A stretch of DNA of 26,939 nt from Promethearchaeota archaeon (GCA_016930515.1 JAFGGO010000078.1:1-26939); one strand, 5' to 3'. Shown: positions 8,501-18,175, numbered from the stretch's first letter. The notes: generated by a model not told the origin, from the letters alone. Numbers and translations are program-made.

Positions 8501-10272
8501 ACAACACCGCGATTTACGACGCCGATTTCACGCTGCGGGTGGGTTCCACGGTAAAATACCTGTTTAACGGTCGATACAACGCCACGGAAGACGACGCAAC
8601 CCTCCTGTTTTCGCTCAGGATCTACGACGTGGATAGAGGTGCCTATTTGACGGATTACTTGAGCGAAGATCCCGAAATTCACATGAGCGTTGTTTACAAC
8701 AATGGACAGGGTTCTCTTACCTCCCAAATATATTGGGGAAACCCTATCGAGGGAAACATCGAAATTGACGCCTTACCCGATGTTGGAAACTACACGATAA
8801 CCATCACCATCACGGCCACGAATTTCGAATCGATCAGCAAGACGTTTAGCATCGAAATCCTTCCAGGTGCGAGCGGTGGTGGTACTAATGGCATTCCACT
8901 AGAACTTATAATAGCGATTTTAATAATTGTTGGCTCCATAGTTGGATTAGTAGTTGCCGTCGTAGGCGTTCAAAAGGGCATCTTGGCGCCGAAAAAACGG
9001 GCAAGAATCAGAACGCTCGCTGAAGTCCAAAGCGTTTTCGACGACGCCGTGAACATCGAGCACGTCTTGGTACTCTACAAGGCTTCCGGGATGTGCGTTT
9101 ACTTCAAATCGCTCGGCTTGGAAAGCATCGATCCCGAGTTGATCAGTGGCTTTCTCTCTGCTGTCTCCTCGTTCGGACGAGAAATGGAGTCGCAACAAGC
9201 CTTAAACGAGATCAATTACGGCGACAAAAAAATCTTGCTTTCGGACGGAGAATTCATACGGGTTGCCTTGGTTCTTAGCAAGGAGCCTTCGGTGATCACG
9301 AGGCAGCACCTTACCGAGTTCATCGCCACGTTTGAGAGATCGTTCTCGAAGGTTCTTCCCGAATGGAGGGGAAACCTCAAGTCCTTCAATGGTGCCGGAA
9401 AGCTTGTTGACGATATACTTAACACGTCCATCATCTTGCCGCACGAGCTGGATCTTGACACCAAGGGCATCAAATCCATATCGAGGCCCATTTCAAGAGA
9501 CGTCATGAAAATCGCTCGAGGTCTCGTGAAGGAATCGGACCGCAAGTACTTCTTCATCGCCCAACTCCTTACGCTTTCGCAAAAGCAATTAAACGCCGAA
9601 AAAGCCAAGGTCTTTATGGGGATAAAGGAACTCCGGGATTTGAATGTGCTCAAGCCGATAGACATTACCGCTTTAGAATCCCAACCAATTTCGCAACAAG
9701 AAATGAACCTCATTAGCCAGAAAGTCTCCCAAATGCCGAATGTAGCTCCCGAAATGAAACAGAAGCTCGTCGAAGACATTGCTGCAATAAAGAATCCCGT
9801 GGAACGAGAAGCTTTTCTTACCAGTCTCGCCGACCACAAAGAGATCGTTTCGATGCCCGTCGGAGGGATCTCTCCCGTGAAACTCACGGACGCAAAGTCT
9901 GCCAAAAAGGAGGTTTCCAACTTGAGGAAAAAAGCCCGATCGTACAAGAGTAAGAAGGATTACAAGAATTCCTTGCTCGTCTTAAACAACGCTGCCACCA
10001 TTGCAACAAGTTGGGAGCTTCAAAAGGAATTCGAACTGGTGAAAGACGAGATGCGCGTTGCTCAAATGGAGGACCAAGAAGCGAAGATGAAATCGTACGA
10101 ACTGCAAGCGAAGAACGCAGAAAAGGCAGCAAAATACAAGGAAGCTGCCCAATTTTACGAAATGGCCTCAAAAGCTGCCTCGGACGCTTTCAAGCTTGGT
10201 AGAGACACGCTTACTACAACCATCAAGAGGCTTTCGAACAAGCAAAGAGAATGCGAAAAACAAGCTCAATAA
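5560..10272 (+). CDS. Large single-pass surface protein: signal anchor, Ig-like beta-sandwich ectodomain, TM, cytoplasmic longin-like domain, helical C-terminus
   Basis: Basic n-region plus hydrophobic stretch at the N-terminus. About 1050 aa of beta-rich, N-x-S/T-rich ectodomain. TM 'IPLELIIAILIIVGSIVGLVVAVVGV' at about 8893-8970. Longin-like 'IEHVLVLYKASGMCVYF...DPELISGFLSAVSSFGRE'. Lys/Ala-rich TPR/MIT-like tail. ATG 5560 preferred over TTG 5551. Confidence 0.82.
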   Translation: MKTNFSRKKKKITQLLAILFVLSAIVGLQLFTPIKNPLIDSNPVDPLIPTVDLAPSAISNVTGSGSNYNIVAHQSYYNKYFNRSFSNLDDSNTFDVPCPTDTNFNSSSSYFSVSNINAPNQTRIIEQNDTTTHYMTFDYTTRRITAVSFTVDSECYLVNFSIKLFINDPNDCDLVARVTSSDWSIANNRNEPDFLDTIGTCTTSGDIMFRQCDGWVSNFSLFFSPIYLDPSTMTANNTFYIEIRDSGTTNQYLEWYGIKDIDDAEGDNENAYYRSGASWAPVVTTGDPVDLTLIVDLAPLDNTPAPEDINMEINGTAIIGSGGNAGSATLPDVYGESDGDLTFQVTAGWWNVSCVVSQVQINYTKTSLIANSSFFISGSGLTVEWNVSINGGISGFDVNTPSSQYVNFTIPTHWDNEEIWNGTHLMTDTSWDVGGGTTIFTAWDAGDSLNWSLLATSSNLLQQINTSYGGSNLDEFNYGNDVQFTGNFSTSINNGDVNLTVYRPDGTSNFSFIVDASSFPGSQISLYSWDSAQGVDLPYGVYLSQAYWSNGTDAAFEEKSFTISALTELVLTSHGGVASDQRFKVNDPFNITLEYNDISKGIGVNTTNATYSHAFGSGYLNQNGTGKYYLELNPLDFDYGPNEITIEFNKTFHEPRSLTFWLNIVNTTRIENLSNTIFLDVYNFENVSCSFYYNDTANNLPIDGATLTFVKDDEGFLNYTKDHANGSYTITINVNNVTVRVAPYWVNVTVSKDGYAVQRINVSMRLIDIPTARVNYDPEAFTVVNYEMVNYTFFYNDTRNDEAIANATILIAKDHENFIISIADHDNGNYSIEIQINEVPASATPWQVDITILKNAYESQLITLDFTVNLIDINCSFVTNQTRSTYKRYEGTPYSATFFVNYTGTEIVADHLTTSDVQVSYDGGTGWPQGNFTLALKGGYFELNLSIDNVVSRNYYLLVNFSKAGIYTSTTAYLNFTLLGNNTAIYDADFTLRVGSTVKYLFNGRYNATEDDATLLFSLRIYDVDRGAYLTDYLSEDPEIHMSVVYNNGQGSLTSQIYWGNPIEGNIEIDALPDVGNYTITITITATNFESISKTFSIEILPGASGGGTNGIPLELIIAILIIVGSIVGLVVAVVGVQKGILAPKKRARIRTLAEVQSVFDDAVNIEHVLVLYKASGMCVYFKSLGLESIDPELISGFLSAVSSFGREMESQQALNEINYGDKKILLSDGEFIRVALVLSKEPSVITRQHLTEFIATFERSFSKVLPEWRGNLKSFNGAGKLVDDILNTSIILPHELDLDTKGIKSISRPISRDVMKIARGLVKESDRKYFFIAQLLTLSQKQLNAEKAKVFMGIKELRDLNVLKPIDITALESQPISQQEMNLISQKVSQMPNVAPEMKQKLVEDIAAIKNPVEREAFLTSLADHKEIVSMPVGGISPVKLTDAKSAKKEVSNLRKKARSYKSKKDYKNSLLVLNNAATIATSWELQKEFELVKDEMRVAQMEDQEAKMKSYELQAKNAEKAAKYKEAAQFYEMASKAASDAFKLGRDTLTTTIKRLSNKQRECEKQAQ
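7600..8180 (+). repeat. Tandem ~103-aa Ig-like domain repeat inside the large surface protein
   Basis: 'FYYNDTANNLPIDGATL...DHANGSYTITI...APYWVNVTVSKDGY...LIDI' versus 'FFYNDTRNDEAIANATI...DHDNGNYSIEI...TPWQVDITILKNAY...LIDI'. A more diverged copy precedes them ('EYNDISKGIGV...NGTGKYYLEL'). Confidence 0.75.
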
Positions 10273-10400
10273 ATCAGATTTTATTCAAATTTCTTTTTAT
10301 ATCTTTTTTTATGTCCTTGAATACTGATAGATACTAAATTAAAAGCTATAATAAATCGATTAAAAATCAAAAATAAAATTAGATGTTTTGTTCTCTTTTA

Positions 10401-13136
10401 TTACTCCAAGAGACCCAAATTTTCGAGCAATTCTTCGAGCTTCTGTTCGGACTCGATATCTTCGGGATCCGTGATCAATCGCTTTTGGAGGAAGATGATC
10501 TTGCCATAGGTGAGCTCTAATTCGTTAAAAAATTCCACCCACTTGTTAAAATCGCTCACGATATCTAACACGTGCAAGTCGTCCTTGAACGACTTGATTT
10601 CGCTTTTCTTGTTTTCTGCCAAGCCTTGATATCTCTTCATACTATAACCTTGATCCTTGAGGATCTTGCTATTCGTCTTCCTGATGACCGAATTAATTTG
10701 GGCTCGCCATTTCACGTAGCTCACGTTTATCTTATCGATTATTTCTTGAATGAGCTTGATTTCTTGGGGATAAATAATCTCCCTACGCTTGGTCAAAATC
10801 TTCTTCACCATGGTTAATTCCTTTTCGAATCTTTCGATGTAAGACTTTACCATTTTCTCGAAATCATGAACCACGGTGTTATAATCCGTGACAAATATGA
10901 CCTCGTCGCTCGAGAAAGTAAGCGAATCCTGTTCAAAAACTCCGATAAGTCGTTTCTGATTGATCAACTCGTCAAAGACTTCCTTCATTAAAGAAATTTC
11001 GTCCTCGGTAAGGTCCTTTCCGTAAAAAATGTCGTAAAAAGAAAACATCAAGCTATTTTCTAACATCATGTTTTTTATTCCTAATGCGGTGTAAAATCGC
11101 AATTCTCCGTCTTCCTTGTAAAAAACACCCTTTATTTTTCCATCGACTTGCAATTTTTTGATGAGCTCTTCAATAAGCTCGGAATTGGCGTCGAAATGAC
11201 CAAAAGTGATAAAATCGTTGGCTTTTGCTTTTTCGAGAATCGTGGAAGCGATGCCTTTCTTGGCGTCCTCTATTTTATCTGGGCTTAAATAAAGCAGGTC
11301 TCCCTTGACAAAATAATTCAATCCGAGATCCCGCACAAAGTCCAAAAATCCCTCCTGTTCCATCCCGAGCTTTCCCAGGTATTCGCTAATGCTGAGTTGC
11401 TCTTTTTGCTTGATTTCCTTTCCTATTAATTGAAGATTCTCGTCTATCTTGGTGAGTATGATGTTTTTATCGATGTTTAAAGTTTCTGCAAGCTCGTTGA
11501 TTTTCTTCCGTTTTTCTTCCTCTTCTTTAATGGTCCCTAAATCGTCAATCTTATCTTTTACGAACTTGGAGTAATAGAAGACTTCTTTGTTCTTATCCCA
11601 TATACCGGATCGAAGGTCTATGTGTTGTTCTAAAACGTCCATCAACAGGATCTTTACGATGTTTAATTTTTTAGAAACTTTCGTTAAGTCGAAAAAGCCA
11701 ATGATTCTTGAATTGTCAACTTCACTTTTTATCTTGGTCAATCCTATATTGGTAAGCCAGTTTGTTCCTTTATGCAAGTTAGTTAAATAATCTCTTGGCA
11801 AGTTCTTGATGAGTACGATGAATTGTTCGTCCTTGAGGCGCTCCCTAAAAGGTTTCAAATCTATAGAACTGTTTCGAGCAGCTTCTGAATTGATTTGATC
11901 GCGTATCTTTTTTAACCAAAAGAAAAATTGGTCGTTTTTACCCGCAAGATAAGTATGATTCAATTCTTCGGATAATTGAGCGATGGTTTGGAGAACCAAG
12001 GCTGGAGGAAGGAATTCGTAATTTTTCATAGATACCATTCCAGATTTTTGGAAATCCGCAACGAGAGAATTTTTTATGTGAGTTTCTGGATAGAAAAAAC
12101 CTAATTTGGAGTAATATCCTTTCACGTGATTCAAACGAACGAGCACATTCATCAATTTCTTCAAGATTGAAGGGGATTTACACACATCAAGGAAGACCTT
12201 GGAGATTTCTTCGCTTGTAATTTTTTTATCCCTTTCGAAAAAATGTAGTACCTTTTGTTTTTCGAGTTCAAAGAACACTACTTCTTTTGTTTTATTGCTT
12301 TTAGTGTATACATAAATTTCGTCTTCTTTTAATGCGTTTTCCTTTATTTGCTGCCAAAACTCCTTAGGGGATATGGTTTGGGTTTTTGCAATTTCTGAAA
12401 AATCGTGTCGCTTCATTATAAATAAATCTTCAAGATTTTTCGCTATCGCATCGTTTTCGCTATCCTGAGAAACTCGCTCTCTTAATGTTGGGAACACATT
12501 TCGTATGGTCTCTATTAATATTGGATGTATTTTTAAGAAGTTTTCGTCTTCATGTTCTATTACAAGTCTCTTTAGAATGCTCTTAAGCTCGTAATATTGC
12601 TTGAAACTAAAGTTCTCGCAAGAAGTAAGACATTTTAGAAGAGAATGAATATTTTCCTCGTTTTTCTCCATCATCAAGGCACTTATAAGAACATCCTTGT
12701 GCTGACAAGCGAAAGTTGGTTCTGCATCAATCAATTCCCCGATAAAATAATGTGCATTGTGCCTGATGTCTTCCGAATTATCAACTAGTAATGGAAGAAA
12801 TTCTGGGATGAGGTCTTGCTTATAGTTTGGATTAGCAAGCATTTTAAATCCAAGGATTAAAATGGAGTTCGTCTTTAACTTTTCGTTTTCGGATGTTAAA
12901 AATGACTTTACCTTGCTCAAGATGCTCTTCGAAAGGCTTTCGATGTCGTGCTCTGCAATTATGCTCAATAGGTAAGTGACTGGAATTGCTAACTCCCCCT
13001 CTTCTAACAGTGGTTCGACGGTATCGGTTAATACTTTTGAAATCTTAACCTTCTTCTCCTTTGCGTAAAATTTATTTAATTTTTCTATAACCTGCGCCAG
13101 AATCGCGTTGTCTTGAAAGTCTTCGATGTTGAACAT
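10401..13136 (-). CDS. 911-aa protein: N-terminal HEAT/ARM-like repeats followed by tandem winged-helix (PCI/UFL1-like) modules
   Basis: HEAT-like 'LTSENEKLKTNSILILG' and 'LLVDNSEDIRHNAHYFIGEL'. Repeated helix plus G-containing beta-hairpin ends: 'LNHVKGYYSKLGFFY', 'RSGIWDKNKEVFY', 'DGKIKGVFYKEDGELRFY', 'KRLIGVFEQDSLTF'. The ORF is certain; the fold call is inferred. Confidence 0.55.
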   Translation of the reverse strand: MFNIEDFQDNAILAQVIEKLNKFYAKEKKVKISKVLTDTVEPLLEEGELAIPVTYLLSIIAEHDIESLSKSILSKVKSFLTSENEKLKTNSILILGFKMLANPNYKQDLIPEFLPLLVDNSEDIRHNAHYFIGELIDAEPTFACQHKDVLISALMMEKNEENIHSLLKCLTSCENFSFKQYYELKSILKRLVIEHEDENFLKIHPILIETIRNVFPTLRERVSQDSENDAIAKNLEDLFIMKRHDFSEIAKTQTISPKEFWQQIKENALKEDEIYVYTKSNKTKEVVFFELEKQKVLHFFERDKKITSEEISKVFLDVCKSPSILKKLMNVLVRLNHVKGYYSKLGFFYPETHIKNSLVADFQKSGMVSMKNYEFLPPALVLQTIAQLSEELNHTYLAGKNDQFFFWLKKIRDQINSEAARNSSIDLKPFRERLKDEQFIVLIKNLPRDYLTNLHKGTNWLTNIGLTKIKSEVDNSRIIGFFDLTKVSKKLNIVKILLMDVLEQHIDLRSGIWDKNKEVFYYSKFVKDKIDDLGTIKEEEEKRKKINELAETLNIDKNIILTKIDENLQLIGKEIKQKEQLSISEYLGKLGMEQEGFLDFVRDLGLNYFVKGDLLYLSPDKIEDAKKGIASTILEKAKANDFITFGHFDANSELIEELIKKLQVDGKIKGVFYKEDGELRFYTALGIKNMMLENSLMFSFYDIFYGKDLTEDEISLMKEVFDELINQKRLIGVFEQDSLTFSSDEVIFVTDYNTVVHDFEKMVKSYIERFEKELTMVKKILTKRREIIYPQEIKLIQEIIDKINVSYVKWRAQINSVIRKTNSKILKDQGYSMKRYQGLAENKKSEIKSFKDDLHVLDIVSDFNKWVEFFNELELTYGKIIFLQKRLITDPEDIESEQKLEELLENLGLLE

Positions 13137-13368
13137 GATGTAGGAATGATAATTTTTAATGAAATAATAATTTAATCCTATGGATCAATGGCTAAAAGCT
13201 TATTCATGCGATCCCCGATTTATACGCGTCTGTCTAAATTAAAGCTTTCATGGTTCATATCATCGTATTTTTAACGCTTTAATAATTTAACTTCGGGTTG
13301 TACTGCGCTCTTTACTATAAAAATAAAAAATAAAATTAAAAAAAAGAAAATCATATATATTATCTGAG

Positions 13369-14037
13369 TTATACTTGATCGTCGATTTCCACTCGAACAT
13401 TAGAAAGGAGTTCGTCGATTTGTTCCTGTTTTTTATTAATGTTCAGAACAGTTGTTAAATGTATGACTTCTCCGTGACCAGGCATTAAAGTAATGGATCC
13501 TGCGCGTAAAATGAAGAACTCAAATACATCTGGAATTTCCTTCCTGATCCTTAAACTTTTGGTTGGAATTCTTTCGGCTGAAGCGAAAATACCTTTTTTA
13601 TGGTAAATTTCGTTTCTTTCCACTTTCCAATAGTTAAATTGGGCGCCAAGTACGACAAAAAACAAGATCAAGGTCAAGATAAGAGCCATGATTCCGTAAA
13701 ATCCTGAGGGCAATGCCAAATCTATTGAACTTATACCTAAACTTACTTCACCCACATTCGGTAATACTAAGAAAATTAGTATTAAAATCACCACCACGAT
13801 TATAAGGATAAGCACGAAAAATTTGGCACTCGAGAAATCAAAAGCGATGACGAATATATTTGCGAAAAAGAAGATGAACCATATGTATCCTAATAGTGAA
13901 ATCGAGCTTGAGGCGTCAAATGCTTCGATCAAGTATAATATCCACGAAGTGATCAATAGCGGCCAAAAGAATATGACTTTCGGATAAGATTTCAAAAGTA
14001 CTACTTCTACTGGTTTCTTTGGTTTGTTTTCAGACAT
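13369..14037 (-). CDS. 4-TM membrane protein with C-terminal bacterial PH-like (bPH_2) domain
   Basis: Four hydrophobic helices, then 'YWKVERNEIYHKKGIF...IPDVFEFFILRAGSITL', which is typical of bPH_2. Start is ATG 14040 or 14037 (GTG 14046 in the track). Confidence 0.65.
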   Translation of the reverse strand: MSENKPKKPVEVVLLKSYPKVIFFWPLLITSWILYLIEAFDASSSISLLGYIWFIFFFANIFVIAFDFSSAKFFVLILIIVVVILILIFLVLPNVGEVSLGISSIDLALPSGFYGIMALILTLILFFVVLGAQFNYWKVERNEIYHKKGIFASAERIPTKSLRIRKEIPDVFEFFILRAGSITLMPGHGEVIHLTTVLNINKKQEQIDELLSNVRVEIDDQV

Positions 14038-14165
14038 CATATTCACCTAATTTACAACAATATGGTTTATTATATTGTTATTAGAAATTAATATAGATAA
14101 CCTTCTTAAAAAGCTTTATCTATTCAGTTTTATATTTGGGAATATGTGTTTATTTTAATTCAATT

Positions 14166-16583
14166 TTACACCGTGGAAGTTAGTTTGTCCTTATAACTTT
14201 TAGTTATTATTTTTTTCTTGTTATGGTTGACTCTAAAATTTCTATTGTATTTTTTTATTTTTGAGCGAAGCGTCTTGAATTCGGGAGATGATGTCATTCC
14301 AAGTTCTCGATAGAATTTAATCGCTTTTTTATACTTTTCCAACGCATCTGTAATCCGTCCACTATCAATTAAAATAGTTCCCATATTACATAGAAAGGTT
14401 GCTTGACCCTTTTTATAATTGATGCGCTCGGAAATTTTAAGGGCTTGACCGCAATAAATTAACGCCCTGTTGAATTGTCCCCTCTTGTGAAAAATTAAAC
14501 TAATATTATTTAAACAGGTTGATTTCTCCTTGGAATCACCTAACTTATTTAAAATTTTAAGGGATGTTTTAAAACTTCTTAAAGCGTTGATAAGATCTCC
14601 TTTAACTCGAAGGACCTCCCCGATGTTGTTATGCTCAATTGCTTGCAACTTAAGGTTTCCTAACTGCTCGTACATTTCTTGGGCTTGTTTAAAATACTTA
14701 AAGGCTTTTTTGAACGAGTTTTTTGCAAAATAGATCCTGCCTATATTACTCAACTGGTTAGCAATTCCCTCTTTGTTATCAATTTTTTTGTTTATGTTTA
14801 ATGCATCATTAAGTGTTTTTAAGGCCAATTTATAATTACACCGATTGAAATAATAATGACTAGAATTATTTAACGCAACTGCAAGTTCTTTAAGATCGTT
14901 AATGTTTCTTGCATGCTTTTCAACTTGTGCTAATATCTCTAAAGCTTTTTCTATATGGCCTCTTTGGTAGGCTAACGCGGATAGGTTATTCAGAACGCTA
15001 CATTTAACCTTAATATCTCCTAGATTATCTGAAATTCTTAGTGCTTGTTTGAAATATTCATTAGCCTTTGAATAATTACCCTGTTCGAAATATAATATTC
15101 CCATGCAATTCAAGCTGTTTGCTTTTCCCTTTAAATCGCCTATTCGATTAACGATTTGAAATGATTTTTTGAAATAAGACTCCGCACTTTCGTAATCACC
15201 CTTTTTGAACATTAATTGACCAATATTCGTCATGTGTATTGCTTTATCTTCCAAATTAGGGAAAAATTGATCGTATGTTAAAGCTTGCTGATAATATTGA
15301 AGCGATTTATCGTAAATTCCTTTATCAAAAAATATTGATGCCATGTTGTTTAGATTGGTCGCAAGGCAGGTGAAATTCCCGATTTTTTTGTTAAGTTCGA
15401 AAGCAATTTTAAATTGTTCTAATGCGTTCTTATAGTCTCCTTTTAATTTATAAATCTCTCCTAAGACATTAATCGCCGTACTTTTCCACGAATTATCCTT
15501 CATATTTACAGCAATCTTCAACATCTTTTCAGCACATATTTTTGCTTCTTCGTATATGCCAAGCTGTAGATATAATTCTGTTGCAATCTTTTGCTTTAAT
15601 GCCTCGTTTGGTTTAACAATATTTTTTGCGATCCATTCGAATGGTACCTTGACTTTTTCCTGAACCGGATGTTTTGGTTGGTTGTCGAAAAAATAATTTA
15701 TCAAATCGGAAGTGTTTGCATCCAGGCGAAATAAATGCTTGACATTTGATTTTTTCCGAATATTTGATAAGATTCTCCATAATTTATCGGTTTGTAGCAT
15801 TTTTTCAAGAGAAACTTCGATCAGGCTAAAATTATCGCTTCTTTCGGTAGTGTGGTTTATCCAGACGATATTTTCAATATCTTTTAAATCGTATAATGCA
15901 GGAAGAATGTCAAAATCGTCGCTCCCTGAATATCCCATAATTATCAAGGAACGATTTTTAGAAATATTTACAAATAAGGGCTTTTTAAATGGTTCGACTT
16001 GAAAAGTATTTAAACCCTCCTTGTCAGTCCCAAAAGCGTGAATGGTTGCAATAAGGGAATCCTTGGTATTTTGTCCATTTATTAAATTCTGCGTAGAACC
16101 GTGGATTTTATACAATGTTTTCGTTCCTTTTTCGTACAGCTTGGCGGGATTAGAATGTTTTAAAAAGTCTTTTTTTGTTATCACGCATTTGATTTTGGAT
16201 TTATCCACTCCTAAATTTATCAAAGCTCGTTCGATGAGAGAATCAAAATTCGTGGTCATTATGAAATTTCCCTTTAATAGCATTTGTGCGTAAAAGTAAT
16301 GTTGTTTGTTTGGCGTTGTACTTTGGTCGTAATATTCGATGATTTTAAGCTCGTTGTCCATGTGATCCCTTATTATATCGATCAATTGTTCAAATCTAAT
16401 TTTTCTCTTATTAACAAGGTGATACAACTTCTGAAGCTCCTCTTTAGGACAAGCGTGTAGTAAAATTGCTTTCATCATTGATTTCGCCGTTGCGAGACAC
16501 GAAGGAGGATCTAAAGAAGAACCCGCTCCTACTAAAAAAGTTAAATTCTCATTTTCTAAAATATTTTTCAAATTTTCATCCAT
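14166..16583 (-). CDS. SIR2-like (SIR2_2) domain plus long TPR array
   Basis: Sirtuin-like motifs 'FLVGAGSS', 'TTNFDSLIE', 'KIHGS' and 'MGYSGSDDFDI'. About 10-11 TPRs at ~40-aa period (e.g. 'ATNLNNMASIFFDKGIYDKSLQYYQQAL'). ATG 16583 preferred over TTG 16598. Confidence 0.88.
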   Translation of the reverse strand: MDENLKNILENENLTFLVGAGSSLDPPSCLATAKSMMKAILLHACPKEELQKLYHLVNKRKIRFEQLIDIIRDHMDNELKIIEYYDQSTTPNKQHYFYAQMLLKGNFIMTTNFDSLIERALINLGVDKSKIKCVITKKDFLKHSNPAKLYEKGTKTLYKIHGSTQNLINGQNTKDSLIATIHAFGTDKEGLNTFQVEPFKKPLFVNISKNRSLIIMGYSGSDDFDILPALYDLKDIENIVWINHTTERSDNFSLIEVSLEKMLQTDKLWRILSNIRKKSNVKHLFRLDANTSDLINYFFDNQPKHPVQEKVKVPFEWIAKNIVKPNEALKQKIATELYLQLGIYEEAKICAEKMLKIAVNMKDNSWKSTAINVLGEIYKLKGDYKNALEQFKIAFELNKKIGNFTCLATNLNNMASIFFDKGIYDKSLQYYQQALTYDQFFPNLEDKAIHMTNIGQLMFKKGDYESAESYFKKSFQIVNRIGDLKGKANSLNCMGILYFEQGNYSKANEYFKQALRISDNLGDIKVKCSVLNNLSALAYQRGHIEKALEILAQVEKHARNINDLKELAVALNNSSHYYFNRCNYKLALKTLNDALNINKKIDNKEGIANQLSNIGRIYFAKNSFKKAFKYFKQAQEMYEQLGNLKLQAIEHNNIGEVLRVKGDLINALRSFKTSLKILNKLGDSKEKSTCLNNISLIFHKRGQFNRALIYCGQALKISERINYKKGQATFLCNMGTILIDSGRITDALEKYKKAIKFYRELGMTSSPEFKTLRSKIKKYNRNFRVNHNKKKIITKSYKDKLTSTV

Positions 16584-16837
16584 TTTTCGAATTATCAAGT
16601 GATATTATTTCTTACTTAAATGAGTTCAAAACGAGTTTTTAAAACAATATGGTAAACATTTGAAATATTAAACTATTTCCAAAAAATGCTTTATAGCAAC
16701 TAATTATGACTCAATTTTTCAATGACAATATTTACACAATCTTTTTTTCGTTTTGCATTATTAAATGTCAGGATTGAATCTATTTTTTTATTAAAAGTAA
16801 TGAGTAATTCTTTCAATTTTTATAGACTTAGAGATTT

Positions 16838-17590
16838 TTAAAAAAAAGACTCGTAATTCTTAATGATCGAATACGACAGCTTGATATCTCGATTTCCGTT
16901 CTTGCTCGGGTTCATATGGCCTGGGAGCAAGTAGGTTACGTCTAATTCGGTAAGGAATTTAATGGAATTCTGAAGTTGTTCGAAGGAACCTCCTGGGAAA
17001 TCAAACCTTCCAAAACTTCCTTGGGTGAATACCACATCTCCTGGGATCAGTATTTTATTACTTGAATCGTAGTAACATATCGAACCAAGCGAATGCCCTG
17101 GAGTGTAATGGATTTGAAAATCGAATCCTGGAAAAATTGTTATCTGTTTTTGTTCAGTAATATCGATTATTTCAAGAGGAACGAGCTTGATACCAAACAT
17201 GCTCGCTTTAATACCAAGAGTGTCAGGAAACATTTGTTTCTCGTCTGATGTTTTCAATATTTTGGTAGTTTCACCGTAAGCGAATATTTTAGGAGGATTA
17301 TTTTTTCTTAGCTCGAGTAATTTATATAATCCCAACACGTGATCCACATGCTCGTGCGTGATAAACACCTTCGAGATGTTTTCGGGATTAAAACCTAGAT
17401 CTTTCAGCCCCTCAAATAAACCATTTAAAGAAATACCATTACCAATGTCGAAAAGGGCGATTTCCTCCTTATTTTCGTCGATAATGCAATATATATTACA
17501 ATCAAGTTGCCCTTCAAACTCGGGAAAATAATACACATTGGAGAGTACTTCAATTCCTTTTTTTTTTCGAGAACCGCTTTGAAAAAACAT
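16838..17590 (-). CDS. MBL-fold metallo-hydrolase (glyoxalase II-like)
   Basis: THEHVDH (HxHxDH), TPGHS, GD and PGH metal-binding motifs, plus 'GRFDFPGGS'. Confidence 0.9.
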   Translation of the reverse strand: MFFQSGSRKKKGIEVLSNVYYFPEFEGQLDCNIYCIIDENKEEIALFDIGNGISLNGLFEGLKDLGFNPENISKVFITHEHVDHVLGLYKLLELRKNNPPKIFAYGETTKILKTSDEKQMFPDTLGIKASMFGIKLVPLEIIDITEQKQITIFPGFDFQIHYTPGHSLGSICYYDSSNKILIPGDVVFTQGSFGRFDFPGGSFEQLQNSIKFLTELDVTYLLPGHMNPSKNGNRDIKLSYSIIKNYESFF

Positions 17591-17794
17591 GATTTAAAAT
17601 CTCTTTTATAATATGAAACGAAAAAATGCTTCTGTTTTAATTTTATCGTTTTAAGCGCCAATGTCTCTTAATACTTGATCTTACTAAAAATCTTTAAAAT
17701 TATAACTGATTTTATTTGAAAATATTTATAAAAATCAATCTACTAAGATACATACATTTATCTACAAATATATCCAATTGCGTGTAAAATCCCA

Positions 17795-18175
17795 ATGATC
17801 GAAAAAGAATTAAACATCGAAAGTTTAAAATCAAAGATAAGCGTGGGTGCAAAAGCATGGCTTGTTTTTGACGGAAAGAGCGTGTTAGGTTCGGGATGGG
17901 CCAAACTTCTAGAGAATATTGATAAAAACAATGGAGGCTCCCTCACGAGTGCTTTAGACATAGCACCAAAAAAATATTCATATAAATACGCTTGGAACAT
18001 ATTGAAAAGAATAGAAGAAAGAACGGGAATCTCTCCCGTTGATACGGGAAAAGGTGGTCCTGGTGGTGGTGGTTGGATAAGGTTAAACGATTGGGGGAAA
18101 TACTTGCTCGAGACATTTAAAAAAATCGAACGAAAGCTTTCGAGCATAATTAAGGAGATTAATACGGAAGAATAA
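17795..18175 (+). CDS. Stand-alone ModE-type winged-helix transcriptional regulator (no TOBE/molybdate-binding domain)
   Basis: 'GGSLTSA...SYKYAWNILKRIEERTG...KGGPGGGGWIRLNDWGKYLLETF' matches the ModE N-terminal HTH pattern. Confidence 0.8.
   Translation: MIEKELNIESLKSKISVGAKAWLVFDGKSVLGSGWAKLLENIDKNNGGSLTSALDIAPKKYSYKYAWNILKRIEERTGISPVDTGKGGPGGGGWIRLNDWGKYLLETFKKIERKLSSIIKEINTEE

Noticed and set aside
13137-13368. Intergenic regions here and at 5252-5550, 16600-16837 and 25266-25547 inspected for tRNA, ncRNA, further SECIS or CRISPR repeats
   Set aside because: No cloverleaf, no AUGAN-stem-NGAU hairpin and no regularly spaced direct repeats were found by eye.
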